NCBI GenBank assembly: GCA_044229845.1
Contig: JBGASG010000008.1
Location: 139,899 to 203,898 of the forward strand
DNA from: Candidatus Obscuribacteraceae bacterium
GTDB taxonomy: Bacteria; Cyanobacteriota; Vampirovibrionia; Obscuribacterales; Obscuribacteraceae
Direction: 5' to 3'
Length of the DNA: 64,000 bases
Of the stretch, positions 34,701 to 44,296 are shown one piece after another. Every line of letters begins with the position of its first letter. Position 1 is the first letter of the stretch. A program made the translations under genes and the position numbers. The notes beneath the pieces were generated by a model that ran no database searches, was not told the origin of the DNA, and saw nothing but the letters and a program-made list of their open reading frames with translations.

Positions 34701-35953
34701 GTCAGGTCTTTCCATGCGCCCGTCACACCTTTGACGTTCGCCTGACCTCCGAGTTTTCCTTCGGTTCCAACTTCCCGGGCAACCCGTGTCACTTCCGATG
34801 CGAACGAACCGAGCTGGTCAACCATCGAGTTAATCGTGTTCTTCAGTTCGAGAATTTCGCCCTTCACGTCGATCGTGATCTTCTTCGAGAAGTCGCCGTT
34901 CGCCACGGCGGTCGTCACCTGAGCGATGTTTCTTACCTGCGCTGTCAGGTTGGACGCCATCAAGTTGACGTTGTCCGTGAGACCTTTCCATGCACCTGTC
35001 AGACCTTTGACGTTTGCCTGACCGCCGAGTTTTCCTTCCGTACCTACTTCGCGGGCAACCCGGGTCACTTCGTTTGCGAACGAACCGAGCTGGTCCACCA
35101 TGGTGTTAATCGTGTTTTTCAGCTCGAGAATCTCGCCGCGCACGTCCACGGTGATTTTCTTGGACAGGTCGCCGTTCGCCACGGCGGTCGTCACTTCTGC
35201 GATGTTACGCACCTGGTTCGTCAGATTCGACGCCATCAGGTTTACGTTGTCGGTCACTTCCTTCCAGATGCCGGCGACGCCTCGCACGTCCGCCTGACCA
35301 CCCAGTTTTCCTTCGATACCCACTTCGCGCGCCACACGCGTAACTTCGCTCGAGAAGGACGTCAGCTGCTCAACCAGCTTGTTGACTGTATTTGCTACCC
35401 GAAGAAACTCCCCTTTGATTGGGCGCCCCTCGATTTCCAGTGCCATCGTTTGCGACAGGTCGCCGCGAGCGACGGCGCCGATCACGCGCGCCACTTCGCT
35501 GGTCGGGTGGACCAGGTCGCCGACCAGGTTATTGACCGAGTCGATGTAGATAGCCCAACTGCCGGTCGCGCCCGGCATGTTGACGCGCTGGTTGATTTTC
35601 CCTTCGCGACCGACCGCATGCGCAACGCGGTCGATTTCTCTCGCCAGACGATCGTTCATCTCGATCAGACCATTGACTGCAAGAGCGATTTCGCCGGCGA
35701 CGCCTAATTCCTTCTCGGACAGGCGGGTGGAGAAGTCGCCTCTGCGGACGGCGCGCAAAACGCCGAGCAACTCTTTGGCATGGGCGAAGTCCAGTGCAGT
35801 GGCATCCGCTTGGAGAACACCGGTCGCAGTAGCGGATCGCGACTTTTTGCTGCTGGTCTTCGGTTCGTCCTCGATGGCGGCAGTGGCGGCGCCGGCATCG
35901 TCTCTGGTCCGGGATGCGGCTTTTTTGGCCGCGGGCGAGGTTTGTTTCTTCAT
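28784..35953 (-). CDS. Cytoplasmic poly-HAMP hybrid histidine kinase (13 x 92-aa repeats-GAF-HisKA-HATPase-3xREC-Hpt)
   Basis: Tandem [19 protein letters not shown]...WKDLTD repeats; [36 protein letters not shown]; three receiver domains; C-terminal AAHEMRG Hpt; likely start ATG 35953. Confidence 0.93.
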   Translation of the reverse strand: MKKQTSPAAKKAASRTRDDAGAATAAIEDEPKTSSKKSRSATATGVLQADATALDFAHAKELLGVLRAVRRGDFSTRLSEKELGVAGEIALAVNGLIEMNDRLAREIDRVAHAVGREGKINQRVNMPGATGSWAIYIDSVNNLVGDLVHPTSEVARVIGAVARGDLSQTMALEIEGRPIKGEFLRVANTVNKLVEQLTSFSSEVTRVAREVGIEGKLGGQADVRGVAGIWKEVTDNVNLMASNLTNQVRNIAEVTTAVANGDLSKKITVDVRGEILELKNTINTMVDQLGSFANEVTRVAREVGTEGKLGGQANVKGLTGAWKGLTDNVNLMASNLTAQVRNIAQVTTAVANGDFSKKITIDVKGEILELKNTINSMVDQLGSFASEVTRVAREVGTEGKLGGQANVKGVTGAWKDLTDNVNLMASNLTAQVRNIAEVTTAVAKGDLSKKITVDVKGEILELKKTINTMVDQLGSFAAEVTRVAREVGTEGKLGGQAEVQGVTGAWKGLTDNVNLMASNLTAQVRNIAEVTTAVANGDLSKKITVDVKGEILELKKTINTMVDQLSSFASEVTRVAREVGTEGKLGGQADVKGVGGVWKDLTDSVNVMASNLTSQVRNIAEVTTAVANGDLSKKITVDVKGEILELKNTINTMVDQLGSFASEVTRVAREVGTEGKLGGQADVKGVAGVWKDLTDSVNQMASNLTSQVRNIAEVTTAVANGDLSKKIVVDVKGEILELKNTINTMVDQLRSFASEVTRVAREVGTEGKLGGQADVRGVTGAWKDLTDSVNFMASNLTAQVRNIAEVTTAVANGDLSKKIVVDVKGEILELKNTINTMVDQLRSFASEVTRVAREVGTEGKLGGQADVRGVSGTWKDLTDSVNVMASNLTSQVRNIAEVTTAVANGDLSKKIVVDVKGEILELKNTINTMVDQLRSFASEVTRVAREVGTEGKLGGQADVRGVSGTWKDLTDSVNQMASNLTSQVRNIAEVTTAVAKGDLSKKITVDVRGEILELKNTINSMVDQLSSFASEVTRVAREVGTEGKLGGQADVRGVAGTWKDLTESVNQMASNLTAQVRNIAEVTTAVARGDLSKKITVDVRGEISELKNTINTMVDQLSSFASEVTRVAREVGTEGRLGGQADVKGVGGVWKDLTDNVNVMANNLTSQVRSISRVVTSVANGDLKRKLTVEAKGEIAELADTINSMIDTLDIFAEQVTSVAREVGVEGKLGGQAKVPGATGTWKDLTENVNQLAANLTTQVRAIADVATAVTQGDLTRSITVQAQGEVAILKDNINEMIRNLKETTQKNTEQDWLKTNIAKFTAMLQGHRDLLTVAKLILSELAPLVDAQHGVFYIADLNEEGDTVLRLLGSYAYRERKNLGNTFRLGEGIVGECALEKERIFLNNVPGDYIKVSSGLGEAPPLNIIVLPVVFEGQVKAVIELASFNQFNDIHIQFLDQLTETIGIVLNTIAATMRTEALLAQSQSLAEELQRQQDELKETNLRLKDQAASLKMSEDLLKEQQDALRHTNEELEEKAKLLAQQKSEVELKNHEVELAKQALEEKANQLALTSKYKSEFLANMSHELRTPLNSLLILSQLLSENPEGNLSGQQVEFANTIHSAGTDLLALISDILDLSKIESGTMAIDFDECQLQDLSTSIERGFRQVANDKDLDFNIVLDPSLPDKIRTDSKRLQQILKNLLSNAFKFTHEGSVTLRIDAAASGWSQENIALNKADRVVAFSVVDTGIGVPPEKQRIIFEAFQQADGTTSRKYGGTGLGLSISREISNLLGGEISVESTPNVGSVFTLYLPVNAAPLFKQQQHQRAGREFDVASAVVAEAGGTSGTSQQQAAAVEQALAHPTVEDDRDRIEKSDKVAIIIENDEKYAHTLLKAVRAHGFKGLVALRGDVGVAMTRKYQPAAIVLDARIVGVNGWTLLDRFKHDRALESVPTIMVADAGDSNLALTLGAYGVIDPSVGESGIARGLNRLRNFIDRSVRNVLVVEDNDVQQRSISTILSDDEVKVTGARTAEEALQLAQKNDYDLIIVDLVLPEISGVDLIRKIRQELDKTDVPVIAYTAKDLAADEQQVLKKMVQSVVLKDATTSEQLLAETAFLLHREDHKLSDGRRKVLEHFRQHDPLLGGRRVLIIDDDARNIMALKSLLERFQMEVLSAENGRKGIEVLVQSPDVDLVLMDVMMPEMDGYETTRAIRQIDEFRTLPIIALTAKAMQGDREKCLEAGASDYIAKPVDQEQLLSLFRVWLRDKRKGAVISASPEDGDIELTKLSDIHGTDTNQILELFMHEANNLLSKIRREAEQQNKDWVTQAAHEMRGLAALMSARQLHRASIDCRNAAEREDWPSVEVAVDDISDEVNGIAERVKDYLIGGQHASP

Positions 35954-36749
35954 TCGTCTTACTCGACTTTCGCAAAAGCAGGAATGGTCGGCTGGCGCCA
36001 ACCTTCCATCAGTTTCCGTTTGGTCTCAATAGGTCAGTGGGTGTGCAAAATACAGTGATCTACTATTTAGGTTACCCATATGCACGTTGGAGATATGCAT
36101 AGATTGCTTATGGTTACCCCCAAAATGCTTGTAACAAGTACGTTACATGTCGCATTTTCGTGACTAGAAGCGTAGCCCGTAATCTAAGCAGGGCTGGCTT
36201 TCCAGTTGACGAGCCGCCATGTCGACGGGTGGTGGTTTAAGCCTATGAGTTCAAGAGGAAATGGTTGGGGGGTGCTGATCGCCGCCTAGGGGAAATCAAC
36301 ACTTCAGTTGATTTTCTGTTGATTTGCAGAAGTGGCGATTAGCGTGTGCAGAATTTCGCTAGTAAATGTTATGCACCATCCACGGTGGCAACTCAGCCGA
36401 GCGGCTGCCACTATGTCTGGTGCATAACCCCGCATAGTTCACATGAAAAAGGTTTGGCAGTGTTGGGCTGCCTCTTCATCCACGATGGTTCCTGACTGAA
36501 TCTATCTTCTAGATTAGGTCGGATACCGAACCGAAGGCTAAGCCTCTACCTTTGCTTATCTTTCGAATCGGACCGGGGAATGATTTTATTATTCACGGAC
36601 CCGGGGGATCGCACAATACGGAAACTACGAAACCCTACACCCTGGCGGTAATCTCTCGGTAACAACCCGGTGGGGCTAGGGCGCCCGGCGCCTTCGAAGG
36701 GTGCGTCCGCTGCTTAGAAACGGCTTGCGGGCGGCATATAAATGAAGCT

Positions 36750-37748
36750 ATGAGTACCGACAAACCCTTTCGATGGAATCTGGCGAATCGCCGCGCCCTG
36801 GACGCAATGTTCAGGACGCTCGCGCACGCGGATCTGCCGGGGAAGGACAGTTATTTCTGTCAGCCTTTATTCAAGATGCACAATGAGCGCATCGAAAACA
36901 CCGTCTCGGGCTTCGGGCTGGCACTGTCTCCCGAGATCATTCATACCTGCGCCCGCATCGCCGCCAGCGCGTCAGACTGTGACCTGATTTTCGTAGGGCG
37001 ATCGCCGGAAACATTCTTCGATTATCTGAGCGGGCTGTTCTTTGACAGCAGCTGGCGCGAACGCATTATCTTGCTGCAGTTCTCCTACCGCTTCGTCGAT
37101 AAGAATCGCATCAACTGGACGTTAGCCCTGCCGGCATTGCGAAACTATTTCCGCACGCTCAAGCTGGATCCCGCCAACCTCATGCGCCGCGAGCGACCGG
37201 TGGCATTCGTAGATCTCGTGTGCTCGGGTGAGACATTCGGCAACCTGATTCATCTGCTCGCCGCGTGGGCTAAAGAAGAGGGCATTGAATGGAAATCGGT
37301 GCGCCGCAAAATACGGCTGCTGGGGCTCACTTCCAAATGCAAAGCCAGTCCGAAAGCGCGTCGCTGGACTGAGCAAGCCAACTGGTTGGATATGCTGGAA
37401 TCGGGTTCGGTCAAGAACATCGCGATACATCCGGAACTGTGGGATTACTTCGGCAACCGCCAGCGCAAGGTGACGCCCAGCTTCCGACCGGAAAACTGGG
37501 GCAAGGACAAAGCCTATTCCCCGGCAAGAAACATTGCGTCGCTGGCTGCGTTGCGCATGGCGATCTACTGGTTTGGTCTTGGACAGCGTGCCACCAGCCG
37601 TGATGACTTTGCTTCGCTGCTTTGCGAACAGCCAGAGATGAAACGTCGAGAGCTGCGAGAAATGGTGGCGGAACTGCGCCAGACACGCCGCACTGAGAAA
37701 CGCTTACGCAAGAATCGCAGCCGCTCGCTGCCCGCTTCCCTGCGCTAG
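36750..37748 (+). CDS. Hypothetical protein with phosphoribosyltransferase-like motif
   Basis: 332-aa ORF; LIFVGRSP and VAFVDLVCSGETF resemble type I PRTase loops. Confidence 0.6.
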   Translation: MSTDKPFRWNLANRRALDAMFRTLAHADLPGKDSYFCQPLFKMHNERIENTVSGFGLALSPEIIHTCARIAASASDCDLIFVGRSPETFFDYLSGLFFDSSWRERIILLQFSYRFVDKNRINWTLALPALRNYFRTLKLDPANLMRRERPVAFVDLVCSGETFGNLIHLLAAWAKEEGIEWKSVRRKIRLLGLTSKCKASPKARRWTEQANWLDMLESGSVKNIAIHPELWDYFGNRQRKVTPSFRPENWGKDKAYSPARNIASLAALRMAIYWFGLGQRATSRDDFASLLCEQPEMKRRELREMVAELRQTRRTEKRLRKNRSRSLPASLR

Positions 37749-40078
37749 GGATGCGGATTGAGCCGGCTAGCAGATGCGCCGGCTTTCGCAGGGGATGTTG
37801 CGGAGGTGCCCTGGCGTTGCGCGCGCGGGACGAGCATTCTTTGCAAGTGATTCTTCGTCAATGCGTACGTCTTTGAATCGGGATCAGCCGCCAACGCCTC
37901 ATCGATCCAGCCGAGCGCTTTGCTGTACTCGTGCGCATCACGCGCCGCGAGAGCGGCATAGTAATACGCCATCGAGTAGAGATGGTCCGTCTTCAACAAG
38001 CCCCGCTCATTAACCAGATCAATCATCTTCTGCGCTTGTTCGTATGCGACCTGCGGGCGCTTAGCCGGATAGCATGCCCAGATGCAGTAGTAATAGGAGC
38101 CGATGTAATCCGGTTCTTCTTTGGATACATCGAGAGTCACGTCGACGGCTCTGGCGGCCTCGCCGTTTCTTGCCAGGACGCAGGCTTCCACCATTTTCTT
38201 CTCGATCTGCGCCGCCTTCGAATCAGGATTCAGCACTTCATTCACCACATAACCATTAATGGGACTAGCTAGTTTCTCTCCGTCGGCAACGTAGCGAGAT
38301 ACGGAATCGCAAAGCGCCTCCGACATGTTCGCGCCGGAATAGGTGCTGACCAGACCGTAGGGCCAGGCGTTGTAATCAGTCAGCGAGGCAACATTGAGGT
38401 CTTTGTTGAAATTCTGCGCCTGATTGAAGGCGAGGATCTTGGGCTTGATCATCGCCACCCATTCTTTCGATGAAGAGAGGTGGTAATAGCTGTCGGCGAG
38501 GTGCGTCAGTTCATGCGCGATTGAAGACACCTGGTTGAATTGCGTGCTGTCGAAAAAGACATCCGTCAGAGTCATGTACATGTTGCCGGATTGAGCATTC
38601 GGTCCATCACCGTGAAACGCATGCTGAATAAATGTCGGCACCGGCAGTTTGGTTGCCCGCATGATGTAAATATGGTGCCCGTGCCCGGCACGCAAAAGCA
38701 GTCCCGGTGCGCGTCGCGCCAGCAACTTCCAGTCATGCATGAAGACAGTTTTCTCTTGCTCGGTCCACGGCTTGTAGGCAAATCGCGTTTCGCTGTGCTT
38801 GGCATGTGGTGAGCCCGGATCCACAAACTCGACGATCTCTTCGATGGTGGCGGCGTTCTTCGCGTAGATAGCTGCTTGATTGGGAATTGGGTTGAGACCT
38901 GAAAGAAGTGCGGGGGACTGAGTGGTCCAGCTAACTGCATCATCCGGCAACTTCGGCGGGTTCATCTGCACCAGAGTCAGTTGTCTCGTCTCCGGGTTGA
39001 TCTCATATAGGTCGAACGCGTTGCGCGCATTCAGTTCGACCTGGACGAATATCTTTTTCCTGTCGGGAGAGAGGTAGAAAGCGCGAGCGTTGCGTCCGAC
39101 AAACGGTGTCAAACTGCAACAGAGCCAGCCTGCCTCGGTCATTTTGTAGAGGTGAATGGCGCCATTGCTGCTGCCTTCTCTGGCAAGAAACAAGGGCGTC
39201 TTGTTGTCGCTGAGCCAGAGCATCTTGCTGATTTTGCCGGGAAACGTAGCAATCACCTGCGGTCGCCCGGTCCTCACTGCGTACAGAGACGAGTTCTGGT
39301 CGAAGGTTTGAACCTTCACGCGCGTTGAGCCATCGGGAGACTGCTCCCAGTAAACCTCATTGGGCGCAGTCCGCTTCTTATCGCTGCTCGCACTCTTATA
39401 GATCGTCTCCTCGGGAAAGCGCGAAGGCGCCGCCGCTAGAGAAACCAAACCGCTGTACGGGTCGACTTCGTAAACATCGAAGACGCCTCGCTCCTTCAGG
39501 TCTATCAAAGCAAAAACCTTCTTCCGGTCTCGGCTCAGGTAGAAACCCATGGCGATCCGCCACGCGAACGGGGTGAGATTACGGGTTTGTTTCTCCAGAA
39601 GGTCTGTTCTGTAGAGATGCGTGGGGTAGCCATCATTCGACTGCGCGAGATAGACGATTGACTTGTTGTCGCTCAACCAGGCGATTTGTCCGATGTCGTG
39701 AAGAAACACCTGCACCTTGACCAGTTCGCCGTGGTCGTCGAGGTAGATCTCGGTCATTTTATTGCCCAGGTAGTGCCGCACCAGCACTTTGAGACGACCA
39801 TCCGGAGACACGGAGACATCGTCGCGATCGGCGATTTTGGTGTTCAGGTGTCCGGTGGAGAGAAGTGGTCTGCCCGGGGCTCCGCCACCGACAACCGTAT
39901 CGAAGTCCCCGGTGATTGCCGCGACGTTGGTCATTCCACGCAGGGTCAACGCCGCCCCGTCCGATGCCGTGCGGGTCACGCACTGCTCGCCCTGAGCGCT
40001 TTGAGCGAGTGCCGGCAGAGGTCCGGCAGACACGACGACACAGCCGGCAGCGATAGTTGAAATCAGGGCTTTGCGCAT
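37745..40078 (-). CDS. Secreted protein: duplicated beta-propeller-like segments, HEXXH metallopeptidase-like domain and C-terminal TPR
   Basis: Signal peptide from ATG 40078; two copies of WLSDNK...LTPF...FYLS.DRKK...FD.YE; IAHELTHLAD plus downstream EALCD; TPR-like YYYAALAARDAHEYSKALGWIDEALAADP. Confidence 0.7.
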   Translation of the reverse strand: MRKALISTIAAGCVVVSAGPLPALAQSAQGEQCVTRTASDGAALTLRGMTNVAAITGDFDTVVGGGAPGRPLLSTGHLNTKIADRDDVSVSPDGRLKVLVRHYLGNKMTEIYLDDHGELVKVQVFLHDIGQIAWLSDNKSIVYLAQSNDGYPTHLYRTDLLEKQTRNLTPFAWRIAMGFYLSRDRKKVFALIDLKERGVFDVYEVDPYSGLVSLAAAPSRFPEETIYKSASSDKKRTAPNEVYWEQSPDGSTRVKVQTFDQNSSLYAVRTGRPQVIATFPGKISKMLWLSDNKTPLFLAREGSSNGAIHLYKMTEAGWLCCSLTPFVGRNARAFYLSPDRKKIFVQVELNARNAFDLYEINPETRQLTLVQMNPPKLPDDAVSWTTQSPALLSGLNPIPNQAAIYAKNAATIEEIVEFVDPGSPHAKHSETRFAYKPWTEQEKTVFMHDWKLLARRAPGLLLRAGHGHHIYIMRATKLPVPTFIQHAFHGDGPNAQSGNMYMTLTDVFFDSTQFNQVSSIAHELTHLADSYYHLSSSKEWVAMIKPKILAFNQAQNFNKDLNVASLTDYNAWPYGLVSTYSGANMSEALCDSVSRYVADGEKLASPINGYVVNEVLNPDSKAAQIEKKMVEACVLARNGEAARAVDVTLDVSKEEPDYIGSYYYCIWACYPAKRPQVAYEQAQKMIDLVNERGLLKTDHLYSMAYYYAALAARDAHEYSKALGWIDEALAADPDSKTYALTKNHLQRMLVPRAQRQGTSATSPAKAGASASRLNPHP

Positions 40079-40380
40079 ATCGCTTATTTTAGTACATGAG
40101 CCTAGCTGGTGCTGTTTCGTTCCGGCGTGCAACGAGATTAGCCGAGACATTCTCTGCACCATATATGGTGCGCAGCCCTTCAAAGTTTCTTCCCCAAAGA
40201 TGTCGTGACGCGGGAGTTTCTCTTGATATGCCGGGAAGTATGTAGGTCATACAGGCAGCCCCATAATTTGCATGTAATCAACTAGCAAATCGACCGCAGA
40301 TCGAATATCTTTGTACACCTCATCCACCACTGACGCGCACCAATTTCGGCGGCGCGGCGATATCTGTCGGCAGGGGCACC

Positions 40381-40752
40381 ATGCAAACATCAAACTATCT
40401 CGCTCTACTGGCAACTTACCAACAATCCGCCGCCACAGCTTTGAAACGCGGGCAGTGGATGAAAGCGGCTCGGGTACTCAGAGACGCACTGCGCGAGTGC
40501 GAAGAAGTCGGCGAGTTGCATGAAGGTCTGACTGCCACCGCCAACCAGTTGGCCGAAAAACTAATCGACCAGCACAAGTACTCGGAAGCGGAAATACTTT
40601 ATCGGGCAGTGCTGGAAGTGCGCGAAAAACTCTTCGGCACCAACCACCCGCAAGTTACTGAAAGCCTGCAAAAGCTGGCTGTCCTGCAGATCACTACGTT
40701 CCGCGCCGAAGCGATGGGCAAGAACTTTCCCGGCGTCGCTGCAGCCAGCTGA
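40381..40752 (+). CDS. Small TPR protein (kinesin-light-chain-like TPR)
   Basis: KYSEAEILYRAVLEVREKLFGTNHPQVTESLQKLA. Confidence 0.8.
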   Translation: MQTSNYLALLATYQQSAATALKRGQWMKAARVLRDALRECEEVGELHEGLTATANQLAEKLIDQHKYSEAEILYRAVLEVREKLFGTNHPQVTESLQKLAVLQITTFRAEAMGKNFPGVAAAS

Positions 40753-40758
40753 TCTCAG

Positions 40759-41031
40759 TTAAGAAGCTTCGCCAGTCGGGTTGCTGACCGGGTCGATCGG
40801 AGCCAGTGCGCTGTCCGGTCCCGCCAGAGGTTCGTAATCGATTTGCAGCCGCTCTTCGATACTGATCATCATCTGATATAACTCGCGCGCCTGCTCAACG
40901 TTGCCGCGCTTGTGATAGAAGACCGCCAACCTCTGCAACTCGTACAGATTGCGACGCAGAGCTTTCTCGATCTCGGTAGGCTGCGAGATCTGCCGGTGAT
41001 TGCTGTCGACGTTTCGTTGAGGCTCTGCCAT
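40759..41031 (-). CDS. Small single-TPR-like protein
   Basis: LQRLAVFYHKRGNVEQARELYQMMISIEE; GGAAGGG RBS. Confidence 0.65.
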   Translation of the reverse strand: MAEPQRNVDSNHRQISQPTEIEKALRRNLYELQRLAVFYHKRGNVEQARELYQMMISIEERLQIDYEPLAGPDSALAPIDPVSNPTGEAS

Positions 41032-41056
41032 TTGCCCTTCCTAAATGTCTTGAGTT

Positions 41057-41084
41057 AAAGAATAGCCTTTAGAGGCTATTCTTT
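41057..41084. promoter_or_regulatory. Perfect 12-bp inverted repeat in a divergent intergenic region (possible operator)
   Basis: AAAGAATAGCCT-TTAG-AGGCTATTCTTT between divergent starts at 41031(-) and 41220(+). Confidence 0.45.
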
Positions 41085-41219
41085 GACATTGGTCTAAACC
41101 CATAAATTTCACTCTCGGAACCCCAAGATCAACTCATCAGTTTTATAATGCCTGAGCGCATCCAGATTGGATTTAGCGCTACCAGACAGACCGGCGGCCG
41201 GACGCAATTAGGAGTGCGC

Positions 41220-41528
41220 ATGCCTGAATTCATCAAAGTAGCCAGAACAGACGACGTGAAGCCAGGCAAGTCGAAGGCGCTCAACGTCGGCGGCGTGCGG
41301 CTGGCGCTCTTCAATGTCGGCGGCACGTTTTATTGCGTGGAAGACTCGTGCTCGCATCAAGGGGCACCGCTGGCGTCAGGCATGATCGGCGGCAAAACCA
41401 TTACGTGCGAATGGCACGGCGCCACCTTCGACCTGGAGACGGGGAAGGGTTGTGCCGGACCAGCCGGACAGGGCATTCAAGCATATAAGGTACGCGTGGT
41501 CGATGATCACGTTGAAGTCGAGGTCTGA
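41220..41528 (+). CDS. Rieske [2Fe-2S] ferredoxin
   Basis: CSH...CEWH ligand motifs, GATFDLETG; AGGAG RBS before ATG 41220. Confidence 0.92.
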   Translation: MPEFIKVARTDDVKPGKSKALNVGGVRLALFNVGGTFYCVEDSCSHQGAPLASGMIGGKTITCEWHGATFDLETGKGCAGPAGQGIQAYKVRVVDDHVEVEV

Positions 41529-41816
41529 TCAGGGTTTCGGCAGCTGAGCACCAGTCGTGGTGCAACATAGGCTTACCAACAAATGCTGTTGGAAATGGCT
41601 GTGTTCGCCGGTTCCGAGACTTTTCGGCACGCACAAATATAAGAAACCCCCTGCGGACTTAGGCGAAATCCCGTACCCCATGCGACAGATAAGAGCGCAA
41701 TAATTAAATCAGTGCAAAGGTTTTGCACCGGCCCTGATACCGAAACAACTCGCCGCATTTTTCGTTCTTCTATCAAGCGCGACTTGCGCTTCAGAGATAG
41801 AAGAGGAGGCAAACCA

Positions 41817-42353
41817 ATGTCAAAGGTAATCGTAGGCGTTTTCAAAGACTCCAGCACTGCAAGCAGAGCCATTGAACAACTGCGGAATGCGGGATTTGCG
41901 CCGGGTCAGATATCCATATTGGCACCCAACGAATCAGCTCGCACGGAACCGTGGCTGGACACGGCCGCTTCCAACCTTGAGCATGTGATGACACCGGCGG
42001 ATGCAACCTCACCGGCCGACAAGACAGTAACCAGCTATACAGCGGTAGGAGCCGTGGCTGGTGGTCTGGTCGGACTGGCGGCTGCAATTTTGCCGAACGT
42101 CGGTGGCATGCTGGGAGCAGGTCCGCTTCTGGCCGCGATAACGGGCGCGGCTGCCGGCAGTTACGTTGGGACGCTTACCGGTGCACTGGTGCACTTTGAC
42201 GTGCCGGAACAGGCAGCGCGTGTATACGAGACCAATGTGTCGTCCGGGAACGTGCTCATTGCGGTTCACACGGAAGACACAGACGAACGCTCGAAAGCGG
42301 AGGACATCCTCGACCAAGCAGGTGCTATCGAAATCGATACCAAAGCTGCATGA
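41817..42353 (+). CDS. General stress protein (YflT/17M-like, glycine-zipper)
   Basis: IVGVFKDSSTASRAIEQLRNAGF..QISIL, Gly-zipper TM region, VPEQAARVYE...GNVLIAVH...AEDILDQAGA; GGAGG RBS. Confidence 0.8.
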   Translation: MSKVIVGVFKDSSTASRAIEQLRNAGFAPGQISILAPNESARTEPWLDTAASNLEHVMTPADATSPADKTVTSYTAVGAVAGGLVGLAAAILPNVGGMLGAGPLLAAITGAAAGSYVGTLTGALVHFDVPEQAARVYETNVSSGNVLIAVHTEDTDERSKAEDILDQAGAIEIDTKAA

Positions 42354-42471
42354 CGACCCGCCAACGGAGTTGCTCTAAACCATGGAAATATATTCGTCAG
42401 CTAACAACCATGAGCTGAGTTTTGCTTACTCATATCAATGGTCTGAGCCTGATCAAGATCTATTCGTTGCC

Positions 42472-42993
42472 ATGAAGATCTTGACTTGCCCAGCCATTGG
42501 AAGTGAAACTCCCTCTTGCCCGTGCGCCCATGAGCAAAGCCAATCCTCACGGATCAGCAGTGCCCTGGCCGCCAATCCGCAGACACCGCCGATGGTGCTT
42601 GATCACCTGGTCAATTGCGGCGTGCCGGTTGTACTAATCCGCATTGCGGAAAATCCGCGCTCAGGCGCGGAAACGCTCAGAAAACTCGCTGGAAACGAAA
42701 GTGTAAGCGTCCGCGCAGCGGTGGCAGAAAACTATGACGCACCCGCCGATGTGCACAGACAACTAGCCCAAGATGAGTGTGTAGACGTGCGATTTGCCGT
42801 TGCCGAAAACGCCAACTTGCCGCCCGACATACTGGAGATTCTCATTCGGGATGACAATCCCTACGTAGCACATCGCGCACAAACCACATTGACGCGCCTG
42901 GAGGAGAAGACCCGCCAGGTGACCGAGACTTCGCATCTGGAAGTCTGGAATTTCCCGACCAACAGATTCAATCGCAAGCGCGCCAATTCATGA
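42472..42993 (+). CDS. LRV/HEAT-like repeat protein, paralog 2
   Basis: AANPQTPP, IAENPRS, VRAAVAEN, VRFAVAEN, DDNPYVAHRA; start 42382 or 42472. Confidence 0.8.
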   Translation: MKILTCPAIGSETPSCPCAHEQSQSSRISSALAANPQTPPMVLDHLVNCGVPVVLIRIAENPRSGAETLRKLAGNESVSVRAAVAENYDAPADVHRQLAQDECVDVRFAVAENANLPPDILEILIRDDNPYVAHRAQTTLTRLEEKTRQVTETSHLEVWNFPTNRFNRKRANS

Positions 42994-43016
42994 TCGCTGG
43001 GGCGTAAAAAGTTCAG

Positions 43017-43045
43017 GCGGGGGCAGTTGTTTTTTCTGCCCCCGC
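43017..43045. terminator. Hairpin terminator between convergent genes
   Basis: GCGGGGGCAG-N9-CTGCCCCCGC. Confidence 0.6.
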
Positions 43046-43070
43046 ACTAGATTTTGTTTATGGCACAAAC

Positions 43071-44081
43071 TCAGCTGTGCAGGTAATGGCGCATTTCCAG
43101 GGCCCGCGAATTATTGCGCATCTTCTTCATTGCCTTGAATTCGATTTGGCGCACGCGCTCGCGGCTAAGACCCAGCACCGCTCCGCTTTCGGCAAGCGTC
43201 ATTGGATTACCGTCATCCAGCCCAAACCGCAAATTGATCACGTCCTTCTCTTGCTGAGTGAGGATACCGAGCAACGCGCGGATATCTCGACTGAGCAATT
43301 GGGACACAGTTTTGTCCTCTGGAGAAACGGAATTCTCATCCTCGAGCATCTCAGCCAGTGTGCGGTCGAAACCTTCTTTGGTAGTCTGATCCAGCGAGAG
43401 CAAACTCTTCGAGGCGCCCAGAGCGAGCAACACTTTTTCGCGCTCGATGCCGGAATGTTCGACAATTTCTTCGAGCGTCGGGCGCCGACCGAATTTTTCG
43501 GCGCACGAACGGATGACCTTGGAGAGACGACTCATCACTTCCGTCATATGCACGGGAATGCGAATGGCGCGCGACTTGTTGGCGAGCGAGCGGGTGATGC
43601 TCTGGCGAATCCACCACGTCGCGTAAGTCGAAAATTTGTAGCCGCGCTCAGGATCGAACTTTTCCGTGGCGCGAATTAGTCCCATGTTTCCTTCCTGAAT
43701 CAGATCCTGAAAGGTGATGCCACGATTGAGATAACGGCGCGCGATACTGACGACAAGGCGCAAATTAGCTTGCACCAGCTTGCGGCGCGCCACCGGATCG
43801 CCGGCTCTGGTAGCACGAGCCAGTTCGATTTCTTCGCGACCGTTGAGCAACCTATGTCGTCCGATTTCGCGTAAGTAGACCTTGGTGGAATCTTCTTCCA
43901 TCATCACGTCTTGCGGGTCGGCAGCCAGTGGTTCGTCATCGGCGCTTTCTTCGCGATAATCGGCATCGTCATGCGGAAGCTCGATATCGGCTATTTCCGC
44001 AAAGTCATGCATAGCGCGCCAGTCGTTTGATTCTCGTTCTACTGTTGCCGTGGCTGAACCGGATTTTGCTCTTTTATTCAT
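43071..44081 (-). CDS. RNA polymerase sigma-70 factor, RpoD/SigA-like lacking region 1.1 (group 2/alternative)
   Basis: [11 protein letters not shown] (r1.2), [51 protein letters not shown]. Confidence 0.92.
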   Translation of the reverse strand: MNKRAKSGSATATVERESNDWRAMHDFAEIADIELPHDDADYREESADDEPLAADPQDVMMEEDSTKVYLREIGRHRLLNGREEIELARATRAGDPVARRKLVQANLRLVVSIARRYLNRGITFQDLIQEGNMGLIRATEKFDPERGYKFSTYATWWIRQSITRSLANKSRAIRIPVHMTEVMSRLSKVIRSCAEKFGRRPTLEEIVEHSGIEREKVLLALGASKSLLSLDQTTKEGFDRTLAEMLEDENSVSPEDKTVSQLLSRDIRALLGILTQQEKDVINLRFGLDDGNPMTLAESGAVLGLSRERVRQIEFKAMKKMRNNSRALEMRHYLHS

Positions 44082-44296
44082 CTATATCGAATACCCATGC
44101 AGACGTCACGAACACGGCGAGCCAGACAAGACAGATGTCGCGCAACCTGAATGGTCGCGTTCGATATGAAAGGCGGTGGCTTCCCCGCGTACTATTTATC
44201 TGCCCATGCGTTGCACGCTTAAATCAAAGCGACAACTGAGAACTAATTTCTGTAACGCTCATCCATAGCCGGTCTACGACTGTCGACGCAACTCTT

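Noticed and set aside
36600..36690. Glycine riboswitch (AATCTCTCGGTAA)
   Set aside because: Missing the GGAGA and CCGAAG conserved elements and the CTCAGG core
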